In this document: piece by piece, positions 7,954 through 16,046 of the stretch
Layout of the letters: the number at the start of each line of letters is the position of its first letter
How positions within the stretch are numbered: position 1 is the stretch's first letter
Virus record (IMG/VR): IMGVR_UViG_2724679538_000008
Coordinates: 1-22,421 of that record
Reading direction: 5' to 3' (one strand)
Length of the DNA: 22,421 bases
Source of the DNA: a virus
Taxonomy: Duplodnaviria; Heunggongvirae; Uroviricota; Caudoviricetes
The notes under the pieces: generated by a model
Seen by the model: the letters and a program-made list of their open reading frames with translations, nothing else
Databases searched by the model: none
Told to the model about the DNA's origin: nothing
Program-made: the position numbers and the translations under genes

Positions 7954-7999
7954 CGCTCTTTAACAATAAGCAATCAACTTAACAGACTGATTAACAGTC
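7954..7999 (+). promoter_or_regulatory. nutR-like site: boxA followed by a boxB-like hairpin
   Basis: 'CGCTCTTTAACAA' (7954-7966) matches the boxA consensus. It is followed 18 nt later by GACTG-attaa-CAGTC (7985-7999), a 5-bp stem with a 5-nt loop like lambda boxB. Located just downstream of cro, as nutR is in lambda. Confidence 0.5.
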
Positions 8000-8022
8000 A
8001 ATTCAAACTAAAGGAATCAATT

Positions 8023-8562
8023 ATGCAACCAATTACATACCAACAGACTAGCGGATTTACCCCGACTGCGGTGATAAATCGTTCTCAAACAAAACAGGCG
8101 CCAGGCCACGAAAAAATCCGTGATGCCGTTCGCGCCTGGTCGGCTGCAGATAATCAGGATGTTGTTGCCGCACTCATTGTGAATGAGTATCGGGAGCAGG
8201 GCGGCGGCACCATCGATTTCCCTGATGATGTCAGCCGTGCACGCCAGAAGCTGTTCCGCTTCCTCGATAACAAATTCGATTCTGAAAAATACCGAAATAA
8301 CGTGCGTGAACTGACCCCGGCAATTCTGGCGGTTCTACCGCTGGAATATCGCGGCCACCTGGTTGAGCAGGATAGCTTCATGGCTCGGCTGGCTGAAATG
8401 GAAAAGGAACTCAGTGAGGCAAAACAGGCTGTCATTCTCAACGCACCACGCCACCAGAAACTGAAGGAGATGAGTGAAGGCATTGTGTCGATGTTTCGTG
8501 TGGACCCAGATTTGGCTGGTCCACTGATGGCGATGGTCACCACCATGCTGGGGGCAATATGA
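8023..8562 (+). CDS. CII-position regulator, YdaT-like
   Basis: 179-aa ORF immediately after cro and the nutR-like site. Segments 'VVAALIVNEYREQGGGTIDF' and 'LTPAILAVLPLEYRGHL' resemble the Rac-prophage YdaT family as I recall it. Stop overlaps the downstream start (ATGA). Confidence 0.5.
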   Translation: MQPITYQQTSGFTPTAVINRSQTKQAPGHEKIRDAVRAWSAADNQDVVAALIVNEYREQGGGTIDFPDDVSRARQKLFRFLDNKFDSEKYRNNVRELTPAILAVLPLEYRGHLVEQDSFMARLAEMEKELSEAKQAVILNAPRHQKLKEMSEGIVSMFRVDPDLAGPLMAMVTTMLGAI

Positions 8563-8648
8563 CAGGTTCGGAAATGGCGAAAGCCGGTCTGCGGGAACAG
8601 AGCCGACTTTCAGGTGCAAATCGTAACGCACTCATTGCGGAAGGAATT

Positions 8649-9578
8649 ATGGCAAACACTGCTGAGATATTCAATTTTCCAGTGCCGGATGAGGCACAAA
8701 AGGAGCGGCGCGTGGCAGATCTCGATGATGGTTATACGCGCATTGCAAATGAGTTGCTGGAAGCTGTGATGCTGGCCGGATTAACACAGCACCAGCTTCT
8801 GGTCTTTCTGGCTGTCATGCGCAAAACATATGGCTTTAATAAAAAACTGGATTGGGTTAGCAACGAGCAACTTTCCGAATTAACCGGGATATTGCCGCAC
8901 AAGTGTTCTGCTGCAAAAAGTGTTCTGGTAAAGCGTGGGATTTTTATTCAGAGCGGGCGGAATACCGGCATTAATAATGTGGTCAGTGAATGGTCAACAT
9001 TACCCGAATCAGGTAAGAAAAATAAAGTTTACCTGAAAGAGGTAAATTTACCTGAATCAGGTAAAAAAAGTTTACCCAAATCAGGTAAAGGCGTTTACCC
9101 GAATCAGGTAAACACAAAAGACAAACTAACAAAAGACAATATAAAACCTTTTTCGTCCGAGAATTCTGGCGAATCCTCTGACCAACCAGAAAACGATCTT
9201 CCTGTGGTGAAACCGGATGCTGCAATTCAGAGCGGCAGCAAGTGGGGGACAGCAGAAGACCTGACCGCCGCAGAGTGGATGTTTGACATGGTGAAGACCA
9301 TCGCGCCATCAGCCAGAAAACCGAATTTTGCAGGGTGGGCTAATGATATCCGCCTGATGCGTGAACGTGACGGACGTAACCACCGCGACATGTGCGTGCT
9401 GTTCCGCTGGGCATGCCAGGACAACTTCTGGTCCGGTAACGTGCTAAGTCCGGCCAAACTCCGCGACAAGTGGACCCAACTCGAAATCAACCGTAACAAG
9501 CAACAGGCAGGCGTGACAGCTAGCAAACCAAAACTCGACCTGACAAACACAGACTGGATTTACGGGGTGGATCTATGA
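8649..9578 (+). CDS. O: Replication initiator protein O (lambda O-like), contains the origin
   Basis: 'MANTAEIFNFPVPDEAQKERRVADLDDGYTRIANELLEAVMLAGLTQHQLLVFLAVMRKTYGFNK...' parallels the lambda O N-terminal domain. Iterons and an AT-rich stretch lie inside the gene. The ORF is open from 8559 (ATGA-coupled to the upstream gene), so the true start may be 8559 or 8649. Confidence 0.88.
   Translation: MANTAEIFNFPVPDEAQKERRVADLDDGYTRIANELLEAVMLAGLTQHQLLVFLAVMRKTYGFNKKLDWVSNEQLSELTGILPHKCSAAKSVLVKRGIFIQSGRNTGINNVVSEWSTLPESGKKNKVYLKEVNLPESGKKSLPKSGKGVYPNQVNTKDKLTKDNIKPFSSENSGESSDQPENDLPVVKPDAAIQSGSKWGTAEDLTAAEWMFDMVKTIAPSARKPNFAGWANDIRLMRERDGRNHRDMCVLFRWACQDNFWSGNVLSPAKLRDKWTQLEINRNKQQAGVTASKPKLDLTNTDWIYGVDL
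8998..9113 (+). repeat. Origin iterons (about five copies of a ~19-bp TTTACCnGAATCAGGTAAA-like repeat)
   Basis: Copies at about 9001-9016, 9028-9046, 9047-9065, 9071-9089 and 9094-9112, each internally palindromic (TTTACC...GGTAAA), followed by an A/T-rich tract (9113-9160). This is the lambda ori architecture inside O; the repeats encode the 'PESGKK'-type linker. Confidence 0.8.
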
Positions 9579-10276
9579 AAAACATCGCCGCACAGATGAT
9601 TAACTTTGACCGTGAGCAGATGCGTCGGATCGCCAACAACATGCCGGAACAGTACGACGAAAAGCCGCAGGTACAGCAGGTAGCGCAGATAATCAACGGT
9701 GTATTCAGCCAGTTACTGGCAACTTTCCCGGCGAGCCTGGCTAATCGTGACCAGAACGAACTGAACGAAATCCGCCGCCAGTGGGTTCTGGCTTTCCGGG
9801 AAAACGGGATCACCACGATGGAACAGGTGAGCGCCGGAATGCGTGTTGCCCGTCGGCAGAATAGACCATTTCTGCCATCACCCGGGCAGTTTGTTGCATG
9901 GTGCCGGGAAGAAGCATCCGTTACCGCCGGGCTGCCAAACGTCAGCGAGCTGGTTGATATTGTTTACGAGTATTGCCGGAAGCGTGGTCTGTATCCGGAT
10001 GCAGAGTCTTATCCGTGGAAATCAAACGCGCACTACTGGCTGGTTACCAACCTGTATCAGAACATGCGGGCCAATGCGTTGACTGACGCGGAATTACGGC
10101 GCAAGGCTGCCGATGAACTGTCCTGTATGACCGCGCGAATTAACCGTGGTGAGGCGATACCTGAACCAGTAAAACAACTTCCTGTCATGGGCGGTAGACC
10201 TCTAAATCGTGCACAGGCTCTGGCGAAGATCGCAGAAATCAAAGCTAAGTTTGGGCTGAAAGGAGCAAGTGTATGA
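9575..10276 (+). CDS. P: Replication protein P (DnaB helicase loader)
   Basis: 233-aa protein near-identical, from memory, to lambda P ('MKNIAAQMINFDREQMRRIANNMPEQYDEKPQVQQVAQIINGVFSQLLATFPASLANRDQNE...KFGLKGASV'). Start overlaps the O stop. Confidence 0.97.
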   Translation: MKNIAAQMINFDREQMRRIANNMPEQYDEKPQVQQVAQIINGVFSQLLATFPASLANRDQNELNEIRRQWVLAFRENGITTMEQVSAGMRVARRQNRPFLPSPGQFVAWCREEASVTAGLPNVSELVDIVYEYCRKRGLYPDAESYPWKSNAHYWLVTNLYQNMRANALTDAELRRKAADELSCMTARINRGEAIPEPVKQLPVMGGRPLNRAQALAKIAEIKAKFGLKGASV

Positions 10277-10560
10277 CGGGCAAAGAGGCAATTATTCATT
10301 ACCTGGGGACTCATAAGAACTTCTGTGCGCAGGACGTTGCCGCGGTAACAGGCGCAACCGTAACCAGCATAAATCAGGCTGCGGCTAAAATGGCGCGGGC
10401 AGGAATCCTGGTCGTTGATGGTAAGGTCTGGCGAACGGTGTATTATCGGTTCGCTACCAGAGAAGAATGGGAAGGAAAGGTGAGCACGAATTTGATTTTT
10501 AAGGAGTGTCGTCAAAGTGCCGCGATGAAGCGGGTGTTGGCTTTATATGGAAGAGAGTAG
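10273..10560 (+). CDS. ren: Ren (Rex-exclusion protein)
   Basis: 95-aa protein matching lambda Ren ('MTGKEAIIHYLGTHKNFCAQDVAAVTGATVTSINQAAAKMARAGILVVDGKVWRTVYYRFATREE...'). Start overlaps the P stop. Confidence 0.93.
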   Translation: MTGKEAIIHYLGTHKNFCAQDVAAVTGATVTSINQAAAKMARAGILVVDGKVWRTVYYRFATREEWEGKVSTNLIFKECRQSAAMKRVLALYGRE

Positions 10561-10624
10561 GTATGAGCAATTATTGTTACTAATTTTAGTTTTACGACAT
10601 TCGTGATAACTAAATAATTGATGT

Positions 10625-10879
10625 GTGGAACTGAATTATAAAGGGGATGATGTTTTGGGAAATAAAGAAAATATCGATTGTAAGCACACAAGAAGTTCAT
10701 GCTATAAAAACAAGCAGATGAAAGATGTTATTTATATTACATTGCCTAAACTCACTGAAGAAGAAGTAGAGATTTTTAAGGGACCAATGCATAAAGCATT
10801 GCTTGCAGGGATAAATGTTACAAAAAAGGCAGTTTCTGATGCCCTGCTAAACAAAGGGATAAAAGTTGAATTTAAATAG
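10625..10879 (+). CDS. Small AT-rich hypothetical protein (up to 84 aa; start uncertain)
   Basis: ORF in an AT-rich insertion right after ren. Candidate starts are GTG 10625 or ATG 10718 ('MKDVIYITLPKLTEEEVEIFKGPMHKALLAGINVTKKAVSDALLNKGIKVEFK'). Convergent with the 472-aa gene; no family recognised. Confidence 0.35.
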   Translation: MELNYKGDDVLGNKENIDCKHTRSSCYKNKQMKDVIYITLPKLTEEEVEIFKGPMHKALLAGINVTKKAVSDALLNKGIKVEFK

Positions 10880-10896
10880 AGTAATTCAGTGGCAAC

Positions 10897-10922
10897 AATA
10901 GCACTCATTTGTGAGTGCTATT
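10897..10922. terminator. Perfect 11-bp-stem hairpin between convergent genes (putative bidirectional terminator)
   Basis: AATAGCACTCA-tttg-TGAGTGCTATT, placed between the stops of the 84-aa (+) and 472-aa (-) ORFs. Flanks are A/T-rich on both sides. Confidence 0.5.
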
Positions 10923-10930
10923 GAAATTTA

Positions 10931-12349
10931 TTAGAAAATAATGTTTGCTATATCCGAGATAGCATTTAAAGAACCTCTGTGGTCACTTCCTGTTTTAGGT
11001 AAAATATAGGAATATCGAGGGTCTTCATTATATGTTAACTTCCAGTGTTTTCCATCGCTTGACGCACTGAAACCTAAGTCCTTTAAATTTCTTTGTGTTG
11101 CGCTATCCATGCTTCTGTAACCTGTTAAAGTCCTTTTAAGTAATTGGCGGCGACTCTCGGTTTCTTTATTGTATTCATTATTGGCAATTAGGGATGATAA
11201 GATATGGTAGCTTCTACCAAATTCATTTTTATTTTTTATGGCAGTTTTTAGTGCGTCAATAATTATATTTTTGATTTCTCCATCAAAAAAGTCAGTCTCT
11301 TCACCAGCATTAAGCACAATGCTTCCTTGGGCTGAAGCTTGTGATTGAAGAGTGCGTACTCTGTGCTCTAAAGAGGAGATCTTATGCTTAAGATCTTCTA
11401 TTTGGTCATCTTTCGCAACATTATCGGCTTCGTAAAGCGCCATCAGTTCGCGTGTGTATTCTCCTCTTTCTTTGAGTGAGTTAATAGAGTCTTTCGTTTT
11501 TCTGGTTTGTATCTCACTCCATCCACTATCTGAGACAGGAGCCATTGTAGTCGTAGCTCTTACAACATCATCAAATAACTCATCTTCAAATTCTTTTGCG
11601 GTTTTCTCACCACGGCGATAAAAACTGATATTTTGACCCCGTGGCCAATAGATACCAACAGCACCAGCATAGGCATTTTTAGCATTTGTCTCATTTTTTA
11701 GCTTAATAGAAAATAGTCTATTGCTAGGCTCAATTAATACATGTGCTAATCCGCATACCTTTCTTGCAAGGCGTTCTGGGATGATATTGTGAGCATGTTC
11801 ATTAAAAAAATACTTGGAGCTAACGTATATTATTGGTAGTCTGTTGTCAGTTTCACCATTTATAACTTTAGCTGCTATATTTAAATGTTCATCAGTATCA
11901 TCTAAGGAATGAGGTTCGACTGACACCTTGAAAATATCATCAAGACCACCAGAAAATTTATCAATCAATCTCATAACAACTAATGGTTTCTTAGGTTGCG
12001 GGGCTAGATAAGCTGCATCTTGGCTTACAACGCTAGATTCCACCTGAATCCACATGGTATCAGTTTTGAGATTTTTATTAATTGAAATATCTGTTACCCA
12101 TTTGTGTGGCTCAGATATTTTCGAATACCTAAAACAGCCTAAACTAGTATCTTTGTTTTTATAAGTTATTATATCAATTCTTTCATTTTTAGACTCTATG
12201 AAGTACTCCTCGCTTTTATAATCACATACTAATTGTGCTGGAATAAAAGTTGTATGTGGTGAGTCGTTTACCCAAGAAAAACATTCATTAAAGATCTCAG
12301 CTAGAGATGTGGAGTTTGAAACATAAAAACCAGTTGAGAAATATTTCAT
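10931..12349 (-). CDS. Large orphan protein (472 aa), AT-rich, no recognisable domain
   Basis: Long uninterrupted ORF on the strand opposite to the early-right operon. Visibly lower GC than the flanking lambda genes. Central predicted coiled-coil ('ELMALYEADNVAKDDQIEDLKHKISSLEHRVRTLQSQ'). No Walker A or other motif I can name. Confidence 0.7.
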   Translation of the reverse strand: MKYFSTGFYVSNSTSLAEIFNECFSWVNDSPHTTFIPAQLVCDYKSEEYFIESKNERIDIITYKNKDTSLGCFRYSKISEPHKWVTDISINKNLKTDTMWIQVESSVVSQDAAYLAPQPKKPLVVMRLIDKFSGGLDDIFKVSVEPHSLDDTDEHLNIAAKVINGETDNRLPIIYVSSKYFFNEHAHNIIPERLARKVCGLAHVLIEPSNRLFSIKLKNETNAKNAYAGAVGIYWPRGQNISFYRRGEKTAKEFEDELFDDVVRATTTMAPVSDSGWSEIQTRKTKDSINSLKERGEYTRELMALYEADNVAKDDQIEDLKHKISSLEHRVRTLQSQASAQGSIVLNAGEETDFFDGEIKNIIIDALKTAIKNKNEFGRSYHILSSLIANNEYNKETESRRQLLKRTLTGYRSMDSATQRNLKDLGFSASSDGKHWKLTYNEDPRYSYILPKTGSDHRGSLNAISDIANIIF

Positions 12350-12463
12350 GAAATTTCCTTATTAAAAATGAGATTAATCTCATTGGCTATGATAATTGTT
12401 ACCCTCCTTTGGATCTAGTGTTCATTTGACATAAGAACCTATTGATTCATCATAATCAACTCG

Positions 12464-12588
12464 CCATAATCATGTCATCGGAGCCTGAACAACTCCGGTG
12501 ACTTCTGCGCTAAACGGGGACGTTTATGCGCACACACAATCCAAACTCTCATCTCCATTCACAGATGCAGAAATGCACCTACGATTTT
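12464..12588 (+). repeat. Direct repeat, copy 1 (~125 bp; partner at 14397-14520)
   Basis: Aligns by eye with 14397-14520 with about 8 mismatches. It includes a 48-bp identical core 'GAACAACTCCGGTGACTTCTGCGCTAAACGGGGACGTTTATGCGCACA' (12486-12533 = 14420-14467). Confidence 0.8.
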
Positions 12589-13008
12589 TACATTCGGTGT
12601 TTTACTTCGACAGCCAGAATTGGGAGTCTCTATTCGTCTGGCGGCTAAAGGTGATATGGAAATCGTTATGTTTTGGCCTGAGGTAGTTGTAACTGTTGTA
12701 GCAGCTATGGCTGTGATCATCATGGTGTCCATTTACTGGGGTTGACGACATGATTTATCCGGCGCTATATTCTGTGCGTTGCCGCAAAATCGGCACACGG
12801 GATTGGCGTCCCGGGATACTACTCAACGCATACCGCGTTAAGCGGTTTTTTTGTGCGCTAAGCACGGCTATGCCCAAATTATGGTGGGCTGTGTGAGGGC
12901 TTCTTCGGAAGCGCCGGGTTTGAGTAGCCGGTTACGCCAACCTTACACAGTTCACCACCAGTCGATTGGCGTCGTTGGTGGTGATGGTTAACCTGATGAG
13001 GTGATACT

Positions 13009-13617
13009 ATGACTACTCAATTAGCATTCCACAAAACGACGTTTACCCCGATTTGCCACAATAACAGAATTTGGCTTACTGCCACTGAAGTTGGTTTAGC
13101 ACTGGAATATGCGGACGATAAAGCAGTTCAGCGTATTTACTCTCGGCACTCAGATGAATTCACAGATATGATGACAAGGGTGGTCAAAGTGACCACCCCT
13201 CGTGGAATGCAGGAGTCTCGAGTATTTAGCCTTCGCGGAGCCCATTTGATCGCCATGTTTGCTCGTACTCCTGTGGCCAAAGAATTCCGCCGCTGGGTTC
13301 TGGATATTCTCGATCGAGAAGTTCAACAATCCCCAATCACAAAACAATTCACTGATAACGAACTTTGCACACTCGCCTGGTTATGGCGAGCAAGTGATAC
13401 GATGTTAACCGCCTGCCAGAACGTTACGCCCCTTCTTCAGGTCGCAGAGCATCGCGAAGCAGGTAGATTCACTTCAATCGAACAAGAATATCCTCGGATA
13501 CTCAACAGGGCGCGAGAAATCCTTGCCAGAGAAACGGCGCATGTAAAATTCCAACCGTGGCAGGATGATAAGTGGAGTCGTGTGTTACCATATTTCCGTC
13601 AGAATCTGTTGCAATAA
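13009..13617 (+). CDS. Bro-N domain antirepressor-like protein
   Basis: 202-aa ORF; the N-terminal half 'IWLTATEVGLALEYADDKAVQRIYSRHSDEF...ESRVFSLRGAHLIAMFARTPVAKEFRRWVLDILDRE' follows the Bro-N pattern (W..A.DV...L.Y ... E..V.SL.G...I..AR.P.AK.FR.WV). Has its own upstream promoter-like element. Confidence 0.6.
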   Translation: MTTQLAFHKTTFTPICHNNRIWLTATEVGLALEYADDKAVQRIYSRHSDEFTDMMTRVVKVTTPRGMQESRVFSLRGAHLIAMFARTPVAKEFRRWVLDILDREVQQSPITKQFTDNELCTLAWLWRASDTMLTACQNVTPLLQVAEHREAGRFTSIEQEYPRILNRAREILARETAHVKFQPWQDDKWSRVLPYFRQNLLQ

Positions 13618-13852
13618 AGTCACTCGTTAGAAATACTGCCAGCATTCTGCGATGACGGAAGTGCTGGCATTTTTTTTGGTAATGTGCGAGTCCATTTCAT
13701 AAAATACGGGTACTGGAACTGGACGATATAATCTAAAAGATACCATTATCAGTAGCATTAAAATCGCTATGTGCCGATACGGATATAAATTATATTGATT
13801 GTTCACATACCTTATTGGATATTACTGAGGGGTGTTTATATAAGGTGTAACG

Positions 13853-14362
13853 ATGATGTGGAACTTTGACAGTGCCGACTTAAGTGCAATAGCAGCAGGC
13901 ATTTCTGCGTTTGGCACATTAGCCGCAGCGGGGTCGGCGCTTGCAAGTTGGTACACGTCAAAAAAAGCGCTGCAGCTACAAAATAGAGTTTACCTTTATG
14001 AGTCTTTAAAGGCTTGCGCTGAGAGAGCCAATTCATTAGCTAAAGATAAGCGCGGATCTGAATGGAGCGTTAATGATGCAGCGGATATCATCAGGTGCCT
14101 AGTACGGGCGATGGAGATCATCAAGCAGGATAGCCAGCAGAAAGAAGGTAATCAGGCATTAATGTTGAAACAGTACTTTGTTAATCTGCTAATAATGGAA
14201 CTGTACGAGGAAGTTCATAACGGTGATGCGGCTGATTCTGTTTTTAAAAGTACGGAACCTACACAAGTACTTGATAACTTATGGAGCAAATGGCAGGAGG
14301 CTATAGCTTTTTTTGATATTTGGAATTACCCAGTTGCGACTGAGGAAGACTTGGCAGACTAA
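13853..14362 (+). CDS. Hypothetical protein with N-terminal hydrophobic (membrane-anchor-like) segment
   Basis: 169-aa ORF; residues ~10-35 'LSAIAAGISAFGTLAAAGSALASWY' are hydrophobic; the remainder is acidic and helical. No family recognised. Lies inside the repeat-flanked cassette. Confidence 0.5.
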   Translation: MMWNFDSADLSAIAAGISAFGTLAAAGSALASWYTSKKALQLQNRVYLYESLKACAERANSLAKDKRGSEWSVNDAADIIRCLVRAMEIIKQDSQQKEGNQALMLKQYFVNLLIMELYEEVHNGDAADSVFKSTEPTQVLDNLWSKWQEAIAFFDIWNYPVATEEDLAD

Positions 14363-14396
14363 TTTTCAGCACATTTGATTTCCAATAATCAACCAG

Positions 14397-14520
14397 CCAT
14401 AATCATGCCATTGGAGCTTGAACAACTCCGGTGACTTCTGCGCTAAACGGGGACGTTTATGCGCACATACAATCCAAACTCTCTTCTCCCTTCACAGATG
14501 CAGAGATGCACCTGCGATTT
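14397..14520 (+). repeat. Direct repeat, copy 2 (immediately upstream of ninB)
   Basis: See copy 1. This copy is contiguous with the ninB RBS (GGAGG at 14546-14550) and GTG start. Confidence 0.8.
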
Positions 14521-14556
14521 TTTGCATCCAGCGTTTGACCTCTGCGGAGGTGAAGC

Positions 14557-15012
14557 GTGAACCTCCCACAAGACGGCATCAAATTGCATCGCGGTAACTT
14601 CACCGCTATCGGTCAACAGATCCAGCCTTATCTGGAGGACGGCAAATGCTTTCGCATGGTGCTTAAACCGTGGCGTGAGAAACGCAGTCTTTCCCAGAAT
14701 GCACTCAGCCACATGTGGTACAGCGAAATCAGTGAATACCTCATCAGCAGGGGTAAAACGTTCACCACTCCAGCTTGGGTAAAAGATGCTCTCAAACACA
14801 CATATCTCGGTTATGAAACCAAAGACCTGGTTGATGTCGTAACCGGTGATATCACCACTATCCAGTCGTTACGCCATACCTCCGATCTTGATACCGGAGA
14901 GATGTATGTCTTCCTGTGTAAGGTTGAAGCCTGGGCGATGAATATTGGCTGCCACCTGACTATTCCGCAGAGCTGCGAGTTCCAGCTGCTGCGCGACAAG
15001 CAGGAGGCGTAA
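14557..15012 (+). CDS. ninB: NinB recombination protein
   Basis: 151-aa protein with a GTG start preceded by GGAGG. Occupies the lambda ninB position at the head of the nin region and is stop/start-coupled to the genes that follow. The NinB call is from remembered similarity to the lambda protein plus position; no literal motif is quoted. Confidence 0.8.
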   Translation: MNLPQDGIKLHRGNFTAIGQQIQPYLEDGKCFRMVLKPWREKRSLSQNALSHMWYSEISEYLISRGKTFTTPAWVKDALKHTYLGYETKDLVDVVTGDITTIQSLRHTSDLDTGEMYVFLCKVEAWAMNIGCHLTIPQSCEFQLLRDKQEA

Positions 15013-15182
15013 TGGCTACACCGCTTATTCGGGTCATGAACGGACACATCTACAGAGTACCAAATCGTCGTAAGCGTAAGCCTGAGCTGAAGCCATCCGA
15101 AATACCAACACTGCTAGGGTATACCGCCAGCCTGGTTGATAAAAAATGGTTGCGACTGGCAGCAAGGAGGAATCATGGCTGA
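15012..15182 (+). CDS. ninE: NinE-like small basic protein (56 aa)
   Basis: Hand-translated '[56 protein letters not shown]'. Start overlaps the ninB stop (TAATG). Basic composition and position match NinE; below the ORF-track length cut-off. Confidence 0.55.
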   Translation: MATPLIRVMNGHIYRVPNRRKRKPELKPSEIPTLLGYTASLVDKKWLRLAARRNHG

Positions 15183-15465
15183 TTTGAGAAAAGCAGCGCG
15201 TGGTCGGGAATGCCAGGTAAGAATCCCTGGCATATGTAATGGCAACCCTGAAACGTCTGTACTGGCACATATCCGGCTGGCTGGATTGTGTGGCACCGGT
15301 ACCAAACCGCCAGACCTGATTGCCACCATTGCATGTTCTGCCTGTCACGATGAGATCGACCGTCGCACGCATTTTGTTGACGCTGGATATGCAAAAGAAT
15401 GCGCGCTGGAAGGTATGGCGAGAACACAGGTTATCTGGCTGAAAGAGGGGGTTATTAAGGCGTGA
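15175..15465 (+). CDS. ybcO: YbcO-like (DUF1364-type) putative nuclease
   Basis: '[67 protein letters not shown]...' is Cys/His-rich. AGGAGG lies upstream of the ATG at 15175 (ORF track begins at a TTG at 15136). Matches my memory of DLP12 YbcO. Confidence 0.65.
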   Translation: MADLRKAARGRECQVRIPGICNGNPETSVLAHIRLAGLCGTGTKPPDLIATIACSACHDEIDRRTHFVDAGYAKECALEGMARTQVIWLKEGVIKA

Positions 15466-15824
15466 ATACCTACAGCATCACATTACCCTGGCCTCCGAGC
15501 AATAATCGCTATTACCGCCATAATCGCGGGCGCACGCACGTCAGCGCAGAGGGGCAGGCATACCGCGATAACGTCGCCCGAATCATTAAAAACGCAATTC
15601 TGGATATCGGCCTGGCTATTCCTGTGAAAATCCGCATTGAGTGCCACATGCCGGATCGCCGTCGCCGTGACCTGGATAATCTGCAAAAAGCCGCTTTTGA
15701 CGCTCTCACCAAAGCAGGTTTCTGGCTGGATGATGCTCAGGTCGTTGATTACCGCGTTGTGAAGATGCCCGTTACCAAAGGTGGGAAGCTGGAGCTGACC
15801 ATCACTGAACTGGGAGATGAATGA
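15462..15824 (+). CDS. rusA: RusA Holliday-junction resolvase
   Basis: 120-aa protein '[104 protein letters not shown]...' near-identical to DLP12 RusA as recalled. GTG start overlapping the ybcO stop. Confidence 0.93.
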   Translation: MNTYSITLPWPPSNNRYYRHNRGRTHVSAEGQAYRDNVARIIKNAILDIGLAIPVKIRIECHMPDRRRRDLDNLQKAAFDALTKAGFWLDDAQVVDYRVVKMPVTKGGKLELTITELGDE

Positions 15825-15961
15825 TGTTTGAGTCTTATATGGCAGAACGTCTTCGCCGCCGCTGGGTGTGTCTGCGCTTATATAGTTTTCCCGGTTCTGT
15901 TTTGACCGATTACCGGATACTGAAGAATTACGCCAAAACACTGACAGGAGCAGGAGTATGA
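15821..15961 (+). CDS. ylcG: YlcG-like small protein (46 aa)
   Basis: Hand-translated '[46 protein letters not shown]'. ATGA-coupled to the rusA stop, the same arrangement as DLP12 rusA-ylcG. Confidence 0.55.
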   Translation: MMFESYMAERLRRRWVCLRLYSFPGSVLTDYRILKNYAKTLTGAGV

Positions 15962-16046
15962 AGTCAGAGATAACAATCAACTAATACTGTTTTGTTGATT
16001 TTTGCTTGTAATTGGCGTTCTGGTCTGAGTTTTGTGGAGTAAGTTG

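Noticed and set aside
8154-8631. Minus-strand ORFs 8154..8546 and 8335..8631
   Set aside because: Antisense to the CII-position gene and the O start region. Ser/Arg-rich low-complexity translations with no RBS.
8998-9113. Short tandem repeats that could be mistaken for a CRISPR array
   Set aside because: Repeats are about 19 bp, nearly contiguous with no unique spacers of 30 bp or more, and sit in frame inside the O gene. They are origin iterons, not a CRISPR array.
12498-12686. 62-aa plus-strand ORF inside direct-repeat copy 1
   Set aside because: It starts at a non-ATG codon within the repeat and has no RBS. The copy-2 equivalent is not conserved as an ORF, and differences between the copies do not respect any reading frame.
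14443-14799. 118-aa minus-strand ORF overlapping the ninB start
   Set aside because: Antisense to ninB and to the repeat; ninB has a GGAGG RBS and is the real gene in that position.
15034-15980. Minus-strand ORFs (15034..15372, 15114..15329, 15173..15427, 15483..15980, 15512..15712) across ybcO, rusA and ylcG
   Set aside because: Antisense shadows of a tightly coupled plus-strand operon containing the highly conserved RusA.
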